From: an uncultured Verrucomicrobiae bacterium
GTDB lineage: Bacteria; Verrucomicrobiota; Verrucomicrobiia; Chthoniobacterales; UBA10450
Reading direction: 5' to 3'
Assembly: GCA_963834385.1 (NCBI GenBank)
Contig: CAWIBO010000003.1
Coordinates: forward strand, 128,001-192,000
DNA length: 64,000 nucleotides
The notes beneath the pieces were generated by a model, which did no database searches, was not told where the DNA came from, and was given only the letters and a program-made list of their open reading frames with translations. Made by a program: the position numbers and the translations under genes. Positions 1 to 10,570 of the stretch are shown here, piece by piece; within the stretch, counting starts at the first letter, position 1; every line of letters starts with the position of its first letter.

Positions 1-291
1 GCGGCAGAGCAGGCCCGGGTTGACGAAAAGGAGGGCGGCGGTGCGGGTGAACTTCGAGTCCCAGTTCAGGAAGGCCTCGGCCACGTCGGCCATGAGATGA
101 CGCAGCGAGCGGTGATAATCGATCGCTGCCTGGCCGCAATGGGCGCAATATTGGCCGGTCACCGGACTTCCGCAGTTCTGGCACTGGACGAGCCGGACTC
201 CTCGGCGTTTGCGCTCTTTCCGGCGCGGCGGTTCACTCTCCGCCGCCGCGACGGCATCAGCGAAAACAAACTGGGCCGGCTCGTCGTCCAT
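1..291 (-). CDS. DUF3667-like zinc-ribbon membrane protein (runs off window start)
   Basis: Manual translation from ATG at 291: MDDEPAQ...CQNCGSPVTGQYCAHCGQAAIDYHRSLRHLMADVAEAFLNWDSKFTRT; CxxC..CxxCGQ ribbon plus D-S-K-F motif. Confidence 0.75.
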   Translation of the reverse strand, partial: MDDEPAQFVFADAVAAAESEPPRRKERKRRGVRLVQCQNCGSPVTGQYCAHCGQAAIDYHRSLRHLMADVAEAFLNWDSKFTRTAALLFVNPGLLCR

Positions 292-293
292 GG

Positions 294-1025
294 CTATTTC
301 ACGGCCGCCCAGACCCGATGGACGTCGTCGTGGTCTTCCAGGGTCTGGAGAAACTCGTGCACTTGGGTCCGTTCGTCCGCGGCGAGGTCGGGGTATGTCT
401 TGGCAAGGTAGCCGAGTTCGCTTGTTACCACCGTCCACGCATGACCGGCCAGCCACTGCGAGACGGCATGGAGATCGGTCGGCGCGGTGATGAACCGCGC
501 TCCCGTGGCGCCCTCCGGGATGTCGTCGTTCTCCTCGTGACGGAGCGGTTCCACCTCCTGCGCGCCGGCCTCGATCGCGGCCGCCTCGATATCGGCGCCG
601 GCGTCGGCATGATGGGCTTCCACCAGTCCCGCGTGATCGAAGAGAAATTTGTTGCTGCCCGGGTTTCCAAGCTGGCCACGCTTGAAGAGGACACGGATTT
701 CCGGGGCCGTCCGGTTCTTGTTGTCGGTCAGGACTTCGACGATGACGGGCACCTTGGCGGGCGCGTAGCCCTCGAAGACAATATGCTCCATGGCGAGCGT
801 TTCAGTTCCGATACCCGCGCCTTTTTTGACGGCTCGCTCGATGACATCGCGGGAGACGCTGGCTTTCCTGGCTTTCTCCATGGCGGCAAAGAGCCGGGCG
901 TTGCCGTTGGGATCGGCGCCGCCCAACTTGGCGGCAACCATGATTTCCTTGACCAGTTTGCCGGTGATCTGGCCCTTTTTCAGCCCGGCAACCTCCCGTT
1001 TTGCGTGCAACCATTGGCGACCCAT
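294..1025 (-). CDS. yebC: YebC/PmpR family transcriptional/translational regulator
   Basis: GGADPNGNARL, FEGYAP, VEVLTDNKNRT and LEDHDDVHRVW motifs; start trimmed to MGRQWLH. Confidence 0.92.
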   Translation of the reverse strand: MGRQWLHAKREVAGLKKGQITGKLVKEIMVAAKLGGADPNGNARLFAAMEKARKASVSRDVIERAVKKGAGIGTETLAMEHIVFEGYAPAKVPVIVEVLTDNKNRTAPEIRVLFKRGQLGNPGSNKFLFDHAGLVEAHHADAGADIEAAAIEAGAQEVEPLRHEENDDIPEGATGARFITAPTDLHAVSQWLAGHAWTVVTSELGYLAKTYPDLAADERTQVHEFLQTLEDHDDVHRVWAAVK

Positions 1026-1145
1026 GCGCCCGGTGTAACATGAGCGCGTCGACCTCACAAGGCTGACGCCCGCTGCGAGCGTCGCGTCCGCACTTTTTCC
1101 TAGGCCGCGCCGCGCGCAACCGGTAGCGTCCTTCCGAAGCACGGC

Positions 1146-2771
1146 GTGGCCTCGAAATTTCTAAAAACGAAAAGCCCGGAGCTGTTGATCCGGGAATCCG
1201 AAGCCCCGGAGCGGCAGATGAAGCGCTCCCTGACGGCCTTCGATCTCACCTGCCTTGGGATCGGCGCCATCATCGGCGCCGGGATTTTTGCCCTGGCTGG
1301 AACGGCGGCGGCGGGTGAATCCGCCCGGGTGGGCGAATCGCTGATCAAAACGCCGGTGCTCAATTTCCTGATTTCGTGGATCGGCGGAAGCGACCTTGTT
1401 TTTGGGCGGCCTGCGGCCGGCCCGGCGGTGGCTCTTTCCTTTGTGGTGGCGGCGCTGGCCTGCGGGTTCGCCGCGCTCTGCTACAGCGAACTGGCCTCGA
1501 TGATTCCGGTTTCCGGATCGGCCTACACCTATTCCTACGCCACCCTCGGCGAAGTGGTCGCGTGGATCATCGGCTGGGATCTGATTCTGGAATACGCGGT
1601 CGGGAACATGGCCGTGGCGGTCGGGTGGTCGGGCTATTTTGTGCAGCTGGTGGGCAATCTTCCCTTTGGCCTGGACATGAAATTCCCGCTCTGGCTCGTG
1701 ACCGATCATACCACCGCCGCCACCATTATCGCGAAGGGCGGCGCGGCCCTGGGCGACTATTCTTCGGTAGCCCTGCCGGTGATTGCAGGCATCCCCATCG
1801 CGATCAATCTGCCGGCCATCCTCGTGGTCGCCGCGGTGACCACCCTGCTGGTTTACGGCATCCGGGAGAGCGCCAAGGTCAACACCACGATCGTGATCGT
1901 GAAGGTGGCGGTGGTCGTCTTCGTCATCGCGCTGGGCGCGTTCATGGTGGACCCGGAAAACTGGCGTCCGTTCATGCCGAGCGGTTTCGCCGGGGTCATG
2001 AGCGGCGCGGCCATTGTCTTTTTCGCTTTCATTGGCTTCGACGCCGTCTCCACCACGGCGGAGGAGACAAGAAATCCGCGGCGCGATCTGCCCATCGGGA
2101 TGATCGCGAGCCTGATCATCTGCACGATTCTGTATGTCCTCATGGCGGGGGTGCTCACCGGGATGAAAAAATACACCGCCTACCTGGGCGATTCCGCCGC
2201 GGTGGCGAGCGCTTTTGCCAGCAAACCGTGGGCGCAGGCGATCATCAGCGCCGGGGCGCTGGCCGGCCTCACCTCGGTCCTGCTGGTTTTCCAGCTCGGC
2301 CAGCCCCGCATTTTCATGGCCATGTCGCGGGATGGTCTCCTTCCTCCCTATTTCTCGCGTTTGCATCCGCGGTTCCGTACCCCGCACGTCACCACCATCT
2401 GGACCGGGATCGTGGTGGGCGGGGTGGCCATGGTCACCGACATCGGTTCGCTGGCCGATCTGACCAATATCGGCACGCTCTTTGCCTTTGCCCTGGTGTG
2501 CGCCGGCGTCCTCGTCCTGCGTCGGACCGATCGGACCCGCCCGCGTCCGTTCCGGGTGCCGCTGGTCCCGCTCGTTCCGCTCCTCGGCATCCTGTTTTGC
2601 GTGGCTTTGATGCTCAGCCTGCCGATTGAAACCTGGATCCGTTTCCTGGTCTGGCTCGGGGCCGGTCTCCTGATCTATTTTGTCTACAGTTTCCGGCACA
2701 GCCGTCTGCAGCGCGGGATCGATACGGGTGACACCGAGGCGATCGTGCCGCCGGTGATCAAGCCGAAGTAA
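1146..2771 (+). CDS. APC-family amino acid permease (cationic amino acid transporter-like)
   Basis: GIGAIIGAGIF, GSAYTYSYAT and FFAFIGFDAVSTTAEE motifs; about 12-14 TM segments. Confidence 0.93.
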   Translation: MASKFLKTKSPELLIRESEAPERQMKRSLTAFDLTCLGIGAIIGAGIFALAGTAAAGESARVGESLIKTPVLNFLISWIGGSDLVFGRPAAGPAVALSFVVAALACGFAALCYSELASMIPVSGSAYTYSYATLGEVVAWIIGWDLILEYAVGNMAVAVGWSGYFVQLVGNLPFGLDMKFPLWLVTDHTTAATIIAKGGAALGDYSSVALPVIAGIPIAINLPAILVVAAVTTLLVYGIRESAKVNTTIVIVKVAVVVFVIALGAFMVDPENWRPFMPSGFAGVMSGAAIVFFAFIGFDAVSTTAEETRNPRRDLPIGMIASLIICTILYVLMAGVLTGMKKYTAYLGDSAAVASAFASKPWAQAIISAGALAGLTSVLLVFQLGQPRIFMAMSRDGLLPPYFSRLHPRFRTPHVTTIWTGIVVGGVAMVTDIGSLADLTNIGTLFAFALVCAGVLVLRRTDRTRPRPFRVPLVPLVPLLGILFCVALMLSLPIETWIRFLVWLGAGLLIYFVYSFRHSRLQRGIDTGDTEAIVPPVIKPK

Positions 2772-2777
2772 CCGGCG

Positions 2778-4649
2778 TCAAAAAGTCACCCGGTAAAAGA
2801 GCGCGTTGAGGCCGAGGACAACCGCGGACACGGCCACGCCCACGAGGAGTTTTCCGGCAACGGCAAGCCAGCCGCGGCGGACGGCGGGAATTTCCGCGGG
2901 CGATTTTTCGCGCCCGAGCAGCCACCAGGCGACCGCGGTGATGGAGGTCACGACGGCGAGGTAAAGGGCGACGATGCCCCAGGCCAGGCCGCTGAACTGC
3001 GAAAAGGGCAGGGGTTCCACGCCGACGAAGCGCAACCGGGCAAACAGGACACAAAGAAGGCCGTTGAGCGCGAGGAGAGGCAGGGCAAAGAGCGCGCCGC
3101 GGAAGCGAAGCTCGCGCCAGAACCAGACCCAGCCGAAAAGAGCGAGCGCATGGTAAGGGACCATGATGTGCAGACTGAAAATGGCGGGAATCCGGTAGAG
3201 CACCCCGATGAACAAGGTGGGGGCGAGATAAAGGGTCAGGGCGATGAGGCCGGCGCGCGGGCGACGCAGCGCGAGCAAAACGCCGGCAAGCACAAACGGC
3301 AGGGTGATGGCGCCGGCGGTGGCCGGCACGGTGCGCAGCTCGGTTTGAAAAAGCAGGGAGGAAACGCGGGTGAGCAGGCTGTGGTCGAGTTGCCACTGGC
3401 GCCAGAAATGCGCCGGATAAAGGCTGATCGCGATGTTGCGCCCGGGCAGGCGGCCGAGGCTTTCCGCGGTGTGCCGGGCGTGGAAACGCCGCGCCAATTC
3501 CGGGCGGGGCACGGTTTCCGCCTCCTTCATCGAGGTATCGTAAAGGTAAAAGGCGAAGAGACTTTGCCGCGCCTCGACCGCGCGCGTCAGGGCGAACCAG
3601 CCGCCGATGAACAGGGCGCAGACGGTGGCGAAGATGAGCACGTGCCGCCAGGGAGTGCGGCCGCCGGCGAGAGGGAAAAAGGCGCGCCCGATCTGCAAGG
3701 CGCCGAAACCCAGGAGGAAAGGCAGGACCGAGGAGTGAAGATGAAACGCGGCGGCGCAAAGAATTGCCTGCAAGACCGGGGCGCGTCCCTGGAGGAAAAG
3801 AGCGAAGGCAAGCAGGATGGGGTAGGTGGAGCCGAACTTCATCCACCCACCGAAATTCGTGAGGAGAAAGAGGCCGCTCAGCGCGGTGGTGGCCGTGGCC
3901 AGGAGCGCGCCGGCGGAGCCGGCGAGGCGCCGGAAAAGGAGGGCCACCCCGAAGAGGTAAAGATTGTTCACCAGCCAGCAAAAGCAGTGATAAAAGCGCA
4001 GCGAACCCGCGGGGTATTGCCAGGCGTTTTCGGTCAGCGGCAACTGGAAGAGCTTGAAAAAGAAGAGCGCGGCGTAACCGGCCAGATGGGGCCGGTCGAA
4101 AAGATCGCTCGTGCCATAGAAGGGTGATTCGGGGTAGGTGCGTTTTTCCGCGGCAAACAAGGCCTGGTGCCAGGAGAACATCTGGTCGGGCGGCGAAACT
4201 CCCGTGGCATGGTAGATCGTCCAGATCTCATCGCTCCCCGGGCGCATGAGCTGCCAGAGGTTCAAGAGCAGAAACTGCATGATGAAGAGGCCGGCAAAGG
4301 CCAGTCCCGTGAAGAGGAGCAATGAGTCCGGCCGGATTCGACCGCGCGCGGGGTCCAGGAGGGCGCGGACCGCCAGCCCCGCCACCAGGAGGAGGGCGGC
4401 GGGAATCAGGAGATCATGGGTATGACTGGCGACAAACGCCACCGCGGCCACGGCCACCAAACCGAGGGCAGGGGCAAAATAGAGGCGGTCTTCCGCCGCG
4501 ACCGCGCCGGGCGCGACCCAGCGCAGCAGAATCCATCCGAAAAGCCAGATGAGGCAGATTGAAAAAAGCGCGAGCAGTTCCACCGGGATTCCGCCCGCCC
4601 GGTGAGCGCGCGAGGTTTCAGTCTGGCCTCGGGAGAAGGCCGAGAGCAA
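2778..4649 (-). CDS. Polytopic membrane protein, possibly GT-C-fold glycosyltransferase-like
   Basis: Many hydrophobic helices with a periplasmic loop (PPDQ...DRPHL) after the N-terminal TMs; start uncertain. Confidence 0.55.
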   Translation of the reverse strand: MLSAFSRGQTETSRAHRAGGIPVELLALFSICLIWLFGWILLRWVAPGAVAAEDRLYFAPALGLVAVAAVAFVASHTHDLLIPAALLLVAGLAVRALLDPARGRIRPDSLLLFTGLAFAGLFIMQFLLLNLWQLMRPGSDEIWTIYHATGVSPPDQMFSWHQALFAAEKRTYPESPFYGTSDLFDRPHLAGYAALFFFKLFQLPLTENAWQYPAGSLRFYHCFCWLVNNLYLFGVALLFRRLAGSAGALLATATTALSGLFLLTNFGGWMKFGSTYPILLAFALFLQGRAPVLQAILCAAAFHLHSSVLPFLLGFGALQIGRAFFPLAGGRTPWRHVLIFATVCALFIGGWFALTRAVEARQSLFAFYLYDTSMKEAETVPRPELARRFHARHTAESLGRLPGRNIAISLYPAHFWRQWQLDHSLLTRVSSLLFQTELRTVPATAGAITLPFVLAGVLLALRRPRAGLIALTLYLAPTLFIGVLYRIPAIFSLHIMVPYHALALFGWVWFWRELRFRGALFALPLLALNGLLCVLFARLRFVGVEPLPFSQFSGLAWGIVALYLAVVTSITAVAWWLLGREKSPAEIPAVRRGWLAVAGKLLVGVAVSAVVLGLNALFYRVTF

Positions 4650-4676
4650 GAGCGAAGGGGGCCGCCAGGTACGCGC

Positions 4677-4714
4677 AAAAAAGAAACGGCCTCACCGTGT
4701 TCCGGTGAGGCCGT
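4677..4714 (-). terminator. Intrinsic terminator after DUF5069 gene
   Basis: 12-bp perfect stem ACGGCCTCACCG/CGGTGAGGCCGT followed on the minus strand by TTCTTTTTT. Confidence 0.8.
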
Positions 4715-4750
4715 GCTTAAATGCCTGTCTTACGAGGCGGAGCCGGGGGC

Positions 4751-5203
4751 TTAGGCGGCTTTTTGGAACGACGCTTTGTCGTCCACATCGAGCCACTGGA
4801 AAAGGGTGGTCGAGGCCGGGTCAAGGCCGAGGGGTTTGGTTTGTTCCTCAAACCATTCCCGCTTCTCCGGGTTATCGTAGGGGTTATAGGAGATTTTCTC
4901 GGCGCACCATTGTTCCTTCTCAGCCTCGGTCTTTGAGGCGCCATGCTGGTCGAGCCACTGGGCCAGTTCGTCGTCCGTGGCCCCTTTTTCCACCTCCGTC
5001 TTGAAATCGGCCCCCTGCACGCCTTTCCATTCGAAGAGCATCTGGTCCAGCGGGCAATCAAAGTGATATTCGCCGATGTTGCCGCCAATGAGGGCACGGC
5101 ACTTGTCGATGGTGCGCCCGAGGATGACGTAGCCGCCGATCCTGGTGTGCGGGCTGCGCGGCGCTTCCCTGGTCAAATCTTTCCCGATAACAGCTCTGTT
5201 CAT
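4751..5203 (-). CDS. DUF5069 domain protein
   Basis: DLTREAPRSP...GGYVILGRTIDKCRA...GEYHFDCPLD signature. Confidence 0.8.
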   Translation of the reverse strand: MNRAVIGKDLTREAPRSPHTRIGGYVILGRTIDKCRALIGGNIGEYHFDCPLDQMLFEWKGVQGADFKTEVEKGATDDELAQWLDQHGASKTEAEKEQWCAEKISYNPYDNPEKREWFEEQTKPLGLDPASTTLFQWLDVDDKASFQKAA

Positions 5204-5291
5204 GCGCAGAGGCTAGGTCTTCCCGGGGAGGGCGCAAGTAACGTTGCCGCAACAATGCACCCAAGGAGAGGGGCGCCTGCGAATCCCTTGT

Positions 5292-5750
5292 ATGGCACAA
5301 GCAAAAGAAACTGTTTCAACGATTAACAGCCTGATCGCGACCCTGAAAGACGGGCAGGAAGGCTTCAAACAGGCGGCGGACGCCGTCAACGACAGCTCAC
5401 TCAAGTCTCTCTTCACCGAGTATTCCACCCAGCGCGCGAAGTTCGCCGGGGAACTGCAAAGCGAAGTGAGCGGTCTGGGCGAGGGCAAGCCCGAGACCGA
5501 GAGCAGCACCGCGGGCGCGATGCATCGCGCCTGGATCGACCTCAAGGCGGCCATCACCTCGCAGGATGAGCATGCCATCCTGGCGGAGTGTGAGCGGGGC
5601 GAGGATGTCGCCGTGTCGGAATATAAAAAGGCGATGGAGGCGGATCTCGTCAGCCCGCTGCGCGAGACCGTTTCGCGCCAGTATGGCGAGGTGAAAAATG
5701 CGCACGACCGCGTGCGCAACCTGCGCGACAGCCGCAAGGCGTCGGCCTAA
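5292..5750 (+). CDS. PA2169-family (DUF2383) ferritin-like four-helix-bundle protein
   Basis: INSLIATLKDGQEGF, GAMHRAWIDLK and ILAECERGED motifs. Confidence 0.9.
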   Translation: MAQAKETVSTINSLIATLKDGQEGFKQAADAVNDSSLKSLFTEYSTQRAKFAGELQSEVSGLGEGKPETESSTAGAMHRAWIDLKAAITSQDEHAILAECERGEDVAVSEYKKAMEADLVSPLRETVSRQYGEVKNAHDRVRNLRDSRKASA

Positions 5751-5836
5751 AGTCGCCGGTTCTTCCGCATCGCCCCGGGTCAGCTTGCTGGCCCGGGGCG
5801 AATTGCATTGTGGGCCGGATTCTCCGACCCTTTGGG

Positions 5837-6244
5837 ATGGTCAAAGTTTCCGTTCGCTACACCGGCGACCTGCATTGTTCCGCCACGCACGGTCCCTCCG
5901 GGGACGAGGTCGCGACCGACGCGCCGGTTGATAACAAGGGGAAGGGGCAGGCCTTTTCCCCGACCGACCTGGTCGCGACCGCCCTCGGCACCTGCATGCT
6001 CACGACCATGGCGATCGTGGGCGAAAAACACGGGGTGGACCTGGCGGGGACGACCGCCAGCGTGACGAAGGAGATGACCGACGCGCCGCGTCGCATCGGG
6101 CGACTGGTCGCGGAGATTCGTCTGCCCTTGCCCGAAAACCATCCGCAAAGAGACGTGCTCGAGCAGGCCGCCCTGAACTGTCCGGTCCACCGCAGCCTGG
6201 CCGCGGAGATGGAGCGGCCGACCCGGTTTTTCTGGGAAGGCTGA
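5837..6244 (+). CDS. OsmC-family protein (YhfA-like)
   Basis: TDAPVDNKGKGQAFSPTDL..ALGTC and CPVHRSL conserved Cys pair. Confidence 0.9.
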   Translation: MVKVSVRYTGDLHCSATHGPSGDEVATDAPVDNKGKGQAFSPTDLVATALGTCMLTTMAIVGEKHGVDLAGTTASVTKEMTDAPRRIGRLVAEIRLPLPENHPQRDVLEQAALNCPVHRSLAAEMERPTRFFWEG

Positions 6245-7290
6245 TTACTGGCCGAGCACCCAGGCGAAAATGAGCGGCGCGCAGATGGTGGCGTCGCTTT
6301 CGACCACGAACTTCGGGGTGGAGGCGGCCAGTTTGCCCCAGGTGATCTTCTCGTTCGGCACGGCGCCCGAGTAGCTCCCGTAACTGGTGGTGGAATCGCT
6401 GATCTGGCAGAAGTAACCCCAGAGAGGGACCCCGGTGCGTCCGAGGTCCTGGTGCAGCATCGGGACAACGCAAATCGGGAAATCGCCGGCAATGCCGCCG
6501 CCGATCTGGAAAAAGCCGATCGAGCCCTCGCCGTTGCGCAGTTTCTTCGCGCTCTTCGTGTAGCGCTCCGCCAGGGAGGTCATGTACTCGATGCCCGTGC
6601 GGACGGTGTGAACGTTTTTAACGTCGCCGCGCATGACCGCCGCGGCGTACATGTTGCCGAGGGTGGCGTCTTCCCAGCCGGGCACAATGATGGGCAGATT
6701 TTTTTCGCTGGCCGCCATGACCCACGAATTCTTGGGGTCGATCTGGTAACTTTTTTTCAGTTTTCCGCTGCGCAGGATTTTGTAGGCGAACTCATGCGGG
6801 AAATAACGCTCGCCGGCGCGGTCGGCCGCGACCCACTCCGCCAGGACCGCCTTTTCGATCCGCCGCATCGCTTCCATCTCGGGGATGCAGGTGTCGGTGA
6901 CCCGGTTCATGTGGCGGGAAAGAAGGCGCTGTTCGTCCTGCGGGGTGAGTTCGCGGTAGTGCGGCACCCGTTCGTAATGGTCGTGCGCCACGAGGTTGAA
7001 GATGTCCTCCTCGAGGTTGGCGCCGGTGCAGACGATGAGGTGCACCTTGTCGCGCCGGATCATCTCGGCCAGGGAAATTCCGAGCTCGGCGGTGGACATG
7101 GCGCCGGCGAGGGTCACGAGCATTTTGCCGCCGGCGGCCAGGTGGGCCTCGTAGCCCTTGGCGGCGTCGAGGAGCGAGGCGGCGTTAAAGTGGCGGTAAT
7201 TCTGCGCGATAAACTGCGAGACGGGCCCCTTTTTCGCGGCCAGGGCGGCGTTGGTTTCTTCCGGGCTTTTCGAGCTCGTCTGGATTTCAT
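6245..7290 (-). CDS. Deoxyhypusine synthase-like protein (probable homospermidine synthesis); 5' frameshift
   Basis: LAGAMSTA, GANLEED, IGGGIAGDF, SYSGAVPNEKITWGK motifs; frame continues upstream (QNYRHFNAA) but the ATG at 7290, which overlaps the hldD stop, is out of frame. Confidence 0.85.
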
Positions 7291-8243
7291 TGCGGGGAAC
7301 CTTTCGTGTGGTCCGGGTAGAGCCATTTCATGTAATCGGCCACGCCCTGCTCGAGGGGATAGCGCGGCTCGTATCCGAGGGCGGACCGCACCCTCGAGAG
7401 GTCGGCCTGGGTGAAGTTCTGGTAATGCGCGTGGGGATTATCGATGAAGTCGGGTTGCAGGCTGGTCCCGAGGCAGCGGTTCAGGATGTCGACCAGCTCG
7501 GCAAAGGAGCGTGACTGTCCGCTCCCAAGATTGAAGATGCCGCTCGCGCCGGCCTCGAGCCCGAGGATGCTGCCGGCGACGATGTCCTTCACGTAAACGA
7601 AATCGCGGCGTTGCTCGCCGAACTTGAAAATCCGGGGGCGCTGGCCCGCGATCATTTGGCGTGAGAGATGGAAGATCATGCTGGCCGGCACGCCCTTGTG
7701 GGCCTCGCGCGGACCGTAGACGTTGAAATAACGCAGGCCGATGATGCGCCAGTCGGCCACTTCCGCGGCGGCCCGGCGGGCGAGGTTATCCATGATCGCC
7801 TTGGAAAAAGCGTAAACGTTCGCGGGGGCGGCCTCGCTCCCTTCCGCGCTCGGCTCGCTCGTATTGCCGTAGGTGGAGGCGGAGGAGGCGAAAATGACGC
7901 GGGTGCGGTGGGGACGGGCAAAGGCCAGGAGCCGGCGGAAGCTTTCCACGTTGTCGTGCACCTGCTCGAACTGGTCGTGGTTGGTCGTGTCCGTGATCGA
8001 GGCGAGATGAAAGATGGCGTCGAAGCGTTCGGTCTGGAAATGGGCGTTCCAGTCGAAATGGGCGAGGTCGGCGGCGACGAAATCGCCGCGGTAACCGGCA
8101 AGATTCTTGAAATCGCCCGAGCGGAAATCGTCGATCACGGTCAGGCGCGTCTCCGGGAATTTTTCCTGGAGGGCGAGGACGAGGTTCGATCCGACGAAGC
8201 CGGCCCCGCCGGTTACGAGCAGGTGGGAGGGGGCGGAATGCAT
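7287..8243 (-). CDS. hldD: ADP-L-glycero-D-manno-heptose 6-epimerase (extended SDR)
   Basis: TGGAGFVGSNL, YAFSK (YxxxK), LRYFNVYGPREAHKG, RDFVYVKD and YQNFTQAD motifs. Confidence 0.88.
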   Translation of the reverse strand: MHSAPSHLLVTGGAGFVGSNLVLALQEKFPETRLTVIDDFRSGDFKNLAGYRGDFVAADLAHFDWNAHFQTERFDAIFHLASITDTTNHDQFEQVHDNVESFRRLLAFARPHRTRVIFASSASTYGNTSEPSAEGSEAAPANVYAFSKAIMDNLARRAAAEVADWRIIGLRYFNVYGPREAHKGVPASMIFHLSRQMIAGQRPRIFKFGEQRRDFVYVKDIVAGSILGLEAGASGIFNLGSGQSRSFAELVDILNRCLGTSLQPDFIDNPHAHYQNFTQADLSRVRSALGYEPRYPLEQGVADYMKWLYPDHTKGSPQ

Positions 8244-8318
8244 CCCGGCGATTATTCGCCTTGAGCAGGCAAGCGCAAGCGGCTAGTTGTCGCTCCAGTT
8301 CTTTGCGAGTCTTGGATA

Positions 8319-8490
8319 GTGGATCGGCGCGAGAAATCCCGTGTGAACCGGGAGCAGTTGCGCTGCTGTAACTGGATACGACTTCCCAGAGGCCAGTCCC
8401 CGGAGAACCGGGGGTGAAGGCGGGAAGAAGGTGCGGTGCGACAGGGGTCGCGCCCGTGAGGCCAGGAGCCAGAATATTCGTCCGTTCCAC
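8319..8490 (+). promoter_or_regulatory. Cobalamin (B12) riboswitch, divergent variant
   Basis: GAAATCCCGTGTGAACCGGGAGCAG..CTGTAAC core, GCCAGT..GAAGGC and GAGCCAGAA B12-box; ends GTGGATCGG/CCGTTCCAC pair; lies directly upstream of a TonB-dependent receptor. Confidence 0.8.
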
Positions 8491-8606
8491 CTCATTCGCG
8501 GCTGCGGGTGCAGACGCGGAAAACTTCTTCGCAAAAAAGAAGAATGAGAGCAGTGGACCGCCGCAGCCCGGCCTTCCTCCGCTTCTCAACCACGGAGGAA
8601 AATCGA

Positions 8607-10518
8607 ATGTTCAGTTCAAGGAATGGCCCGGCGCGTCCGGGTCGTGTGTCGGTCCTGGCGGCGGCGTTGATGGTTTATGCCGGGAGCGCCCTGGCCCAGG
8701 TGGCGACATCGCCACGGCTGGCCGTGGGCGGAGGAAGAGGCGGAGATCGTGATCACGGCCACCCGGCTCGAGGTGGCGGAGGAAAACTCGCCCGCCAGCA
8801 TCAGCGTGATCCGCTCCGAGAATCTCGAGCGGCGGCAGGTCATCCGCGTGGCCGAGGCGCTGCGGCAGGTGCCGGGACTTTCCGTGGTGCAAACGGGGGC
8901 GCCCGGGCAGCTCACCTCCGTTTTTACCCGGGGTCTGCGCAGCGAACACACGCAGGTGCTGCTCGACGGCATTCCCCTCAACCAGGGCCTGGCCGGGCTC
9001 TTCAATTTTGCCGATCTGGCCGTGGATAATATCGACCGGATCGAGGTGGTGCGCGGCCCGCAAAGTCCGCTCTACGGCCCCCGCGCCCTGGCCGGCGCGA
9101 TCCAGGTCTTTACCCGGCGCGGCGACGGAAAACCGCGCGCCACGATCACCGCGGAAGGCGGTTCGTTTGGCACTTTCCGCGAATCCATCGGGAGCGAAGG
9201 CAGCTTCGGCGACTTCGATTATTCCATCGGGGCCAGCCGGTTCGACTCCGATTTCGAGCGTCGCAACAGCGAGTATCGCCGGAGCAACGCGCTCGCCAGC
9301 CTCGGCTGGTCGCCCGATCCACGCTTCCGGCTGGGCACTCTCCTGGCCTATTCCCTGGCGGATGCCGGAAGCCCCAACTCGATTTTTTCGCCGCGGCCCC
9401 TCGACAATCTGCTCACGGAACGCTGGCTGGTCGCGCCCCGCATAGATTTCACGCCGGTGGAATGGTGGCGGCACCAGTTGATCGTCAGCTACGACCACGA
9501 ACGGCAGGTGAACGACCCGAACGACGACGGGTTCGTCGGGCCGACCCGCGCCCTCTTCCGGCGTTTGACGATTGATTACCAGAACGATGTCAGCCCGGCG
9601 CGGTGGCTGACGCTCACGACTGGCTACTTTTTCAGTTCGGTCGAGGCCGGACAGGAGCGGCCGTTTGTCTCGCAGCTGTTCGGTCCGCAGCCGACCTTCA
9701 TCAGCGACGAGACCCGCCAGCATGGCCTCCTGGCCCAGGTCACGGTGACGCCATGGGAAGAGTTGATCCTGACGGCGGGTGGCCGTTTCGATCACTTCAA
9801 CCAGTTCGGCGGAGTCTGGACATGGCGCGTCGCGGGCAGCTACCGGATCGCAGCAAGTGACACGGTCCTGCATGCCAGCGCGGGGACCGGTTTCAGTCCG
9901 CCCAGCAGTCAGGACAAAATTTTCGGAAACAATTTCGATCTGGATCCGGAACGGGGGCGCGGCTGGGACGCCGGGGTGCGCCAGAAATTCTGGGAGGGTC
10001 GGATCGCACTGGGTGCGACCTGGTTCGAAAACCGGCTGACGAACCTGATCGGTTTCAGCGGCCTCTTTGAAACGCTGAACCTCGGAGCGGCCCGGACGCG
10101 CGGGCTTGAGTTCGAAGCCGTGGTCGAGCCGTTTCCGGAGCTGAGTTTCCGGGCGAGCTATACCTTCCTCGAAGCGATCAAGACCTCCGCCGCGGACATC
10201 GCCCAGCCGGAGGGGGCGCGTCTGCCGCGGCGTCCCCGGCATGAGGGATACTTTTCCGCGAGCTACCGATGGTTTGGGAAGCTGCGCACGACCGTGGAAA
10301 CGAAGGTGGTCAGCGCGCGGGAGGAACTGAGCTTTGGCGGTCCGAATTTCGATATCGAGGATTACGCCGTGATCAACCTGGCGGCGGAATACCCGCTGAC
10401 GCCGGACGTTGTCCTTTACGGCCGGGTGGAGAACCTGACCGACGAGCAGTATGCGGAGGTGTTCGGCTTTCCCGCGCTGGGGCGCGGCGCCTACGCGGGC
10501 GTGAGGGTGAACTTCTGA
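8607..10518 (+). CDS. btuB: TonB-dependent outer-membrane receptor, BtuB-like (frameshift near 8726-8728)
   Basis: GGAGG RBS and signal peptide from 8607; TonB box EIVITATR, plug IDRIEVVRGPQS.LYG, C-terminal Phe; riboswitch context. Confidence 0.8.
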
Positions 10519-10570
10519 GGCCGGGGCGCGCAGACTTGAAGGCGCCGTTGGTTTGCCGTACTTCGACGGG

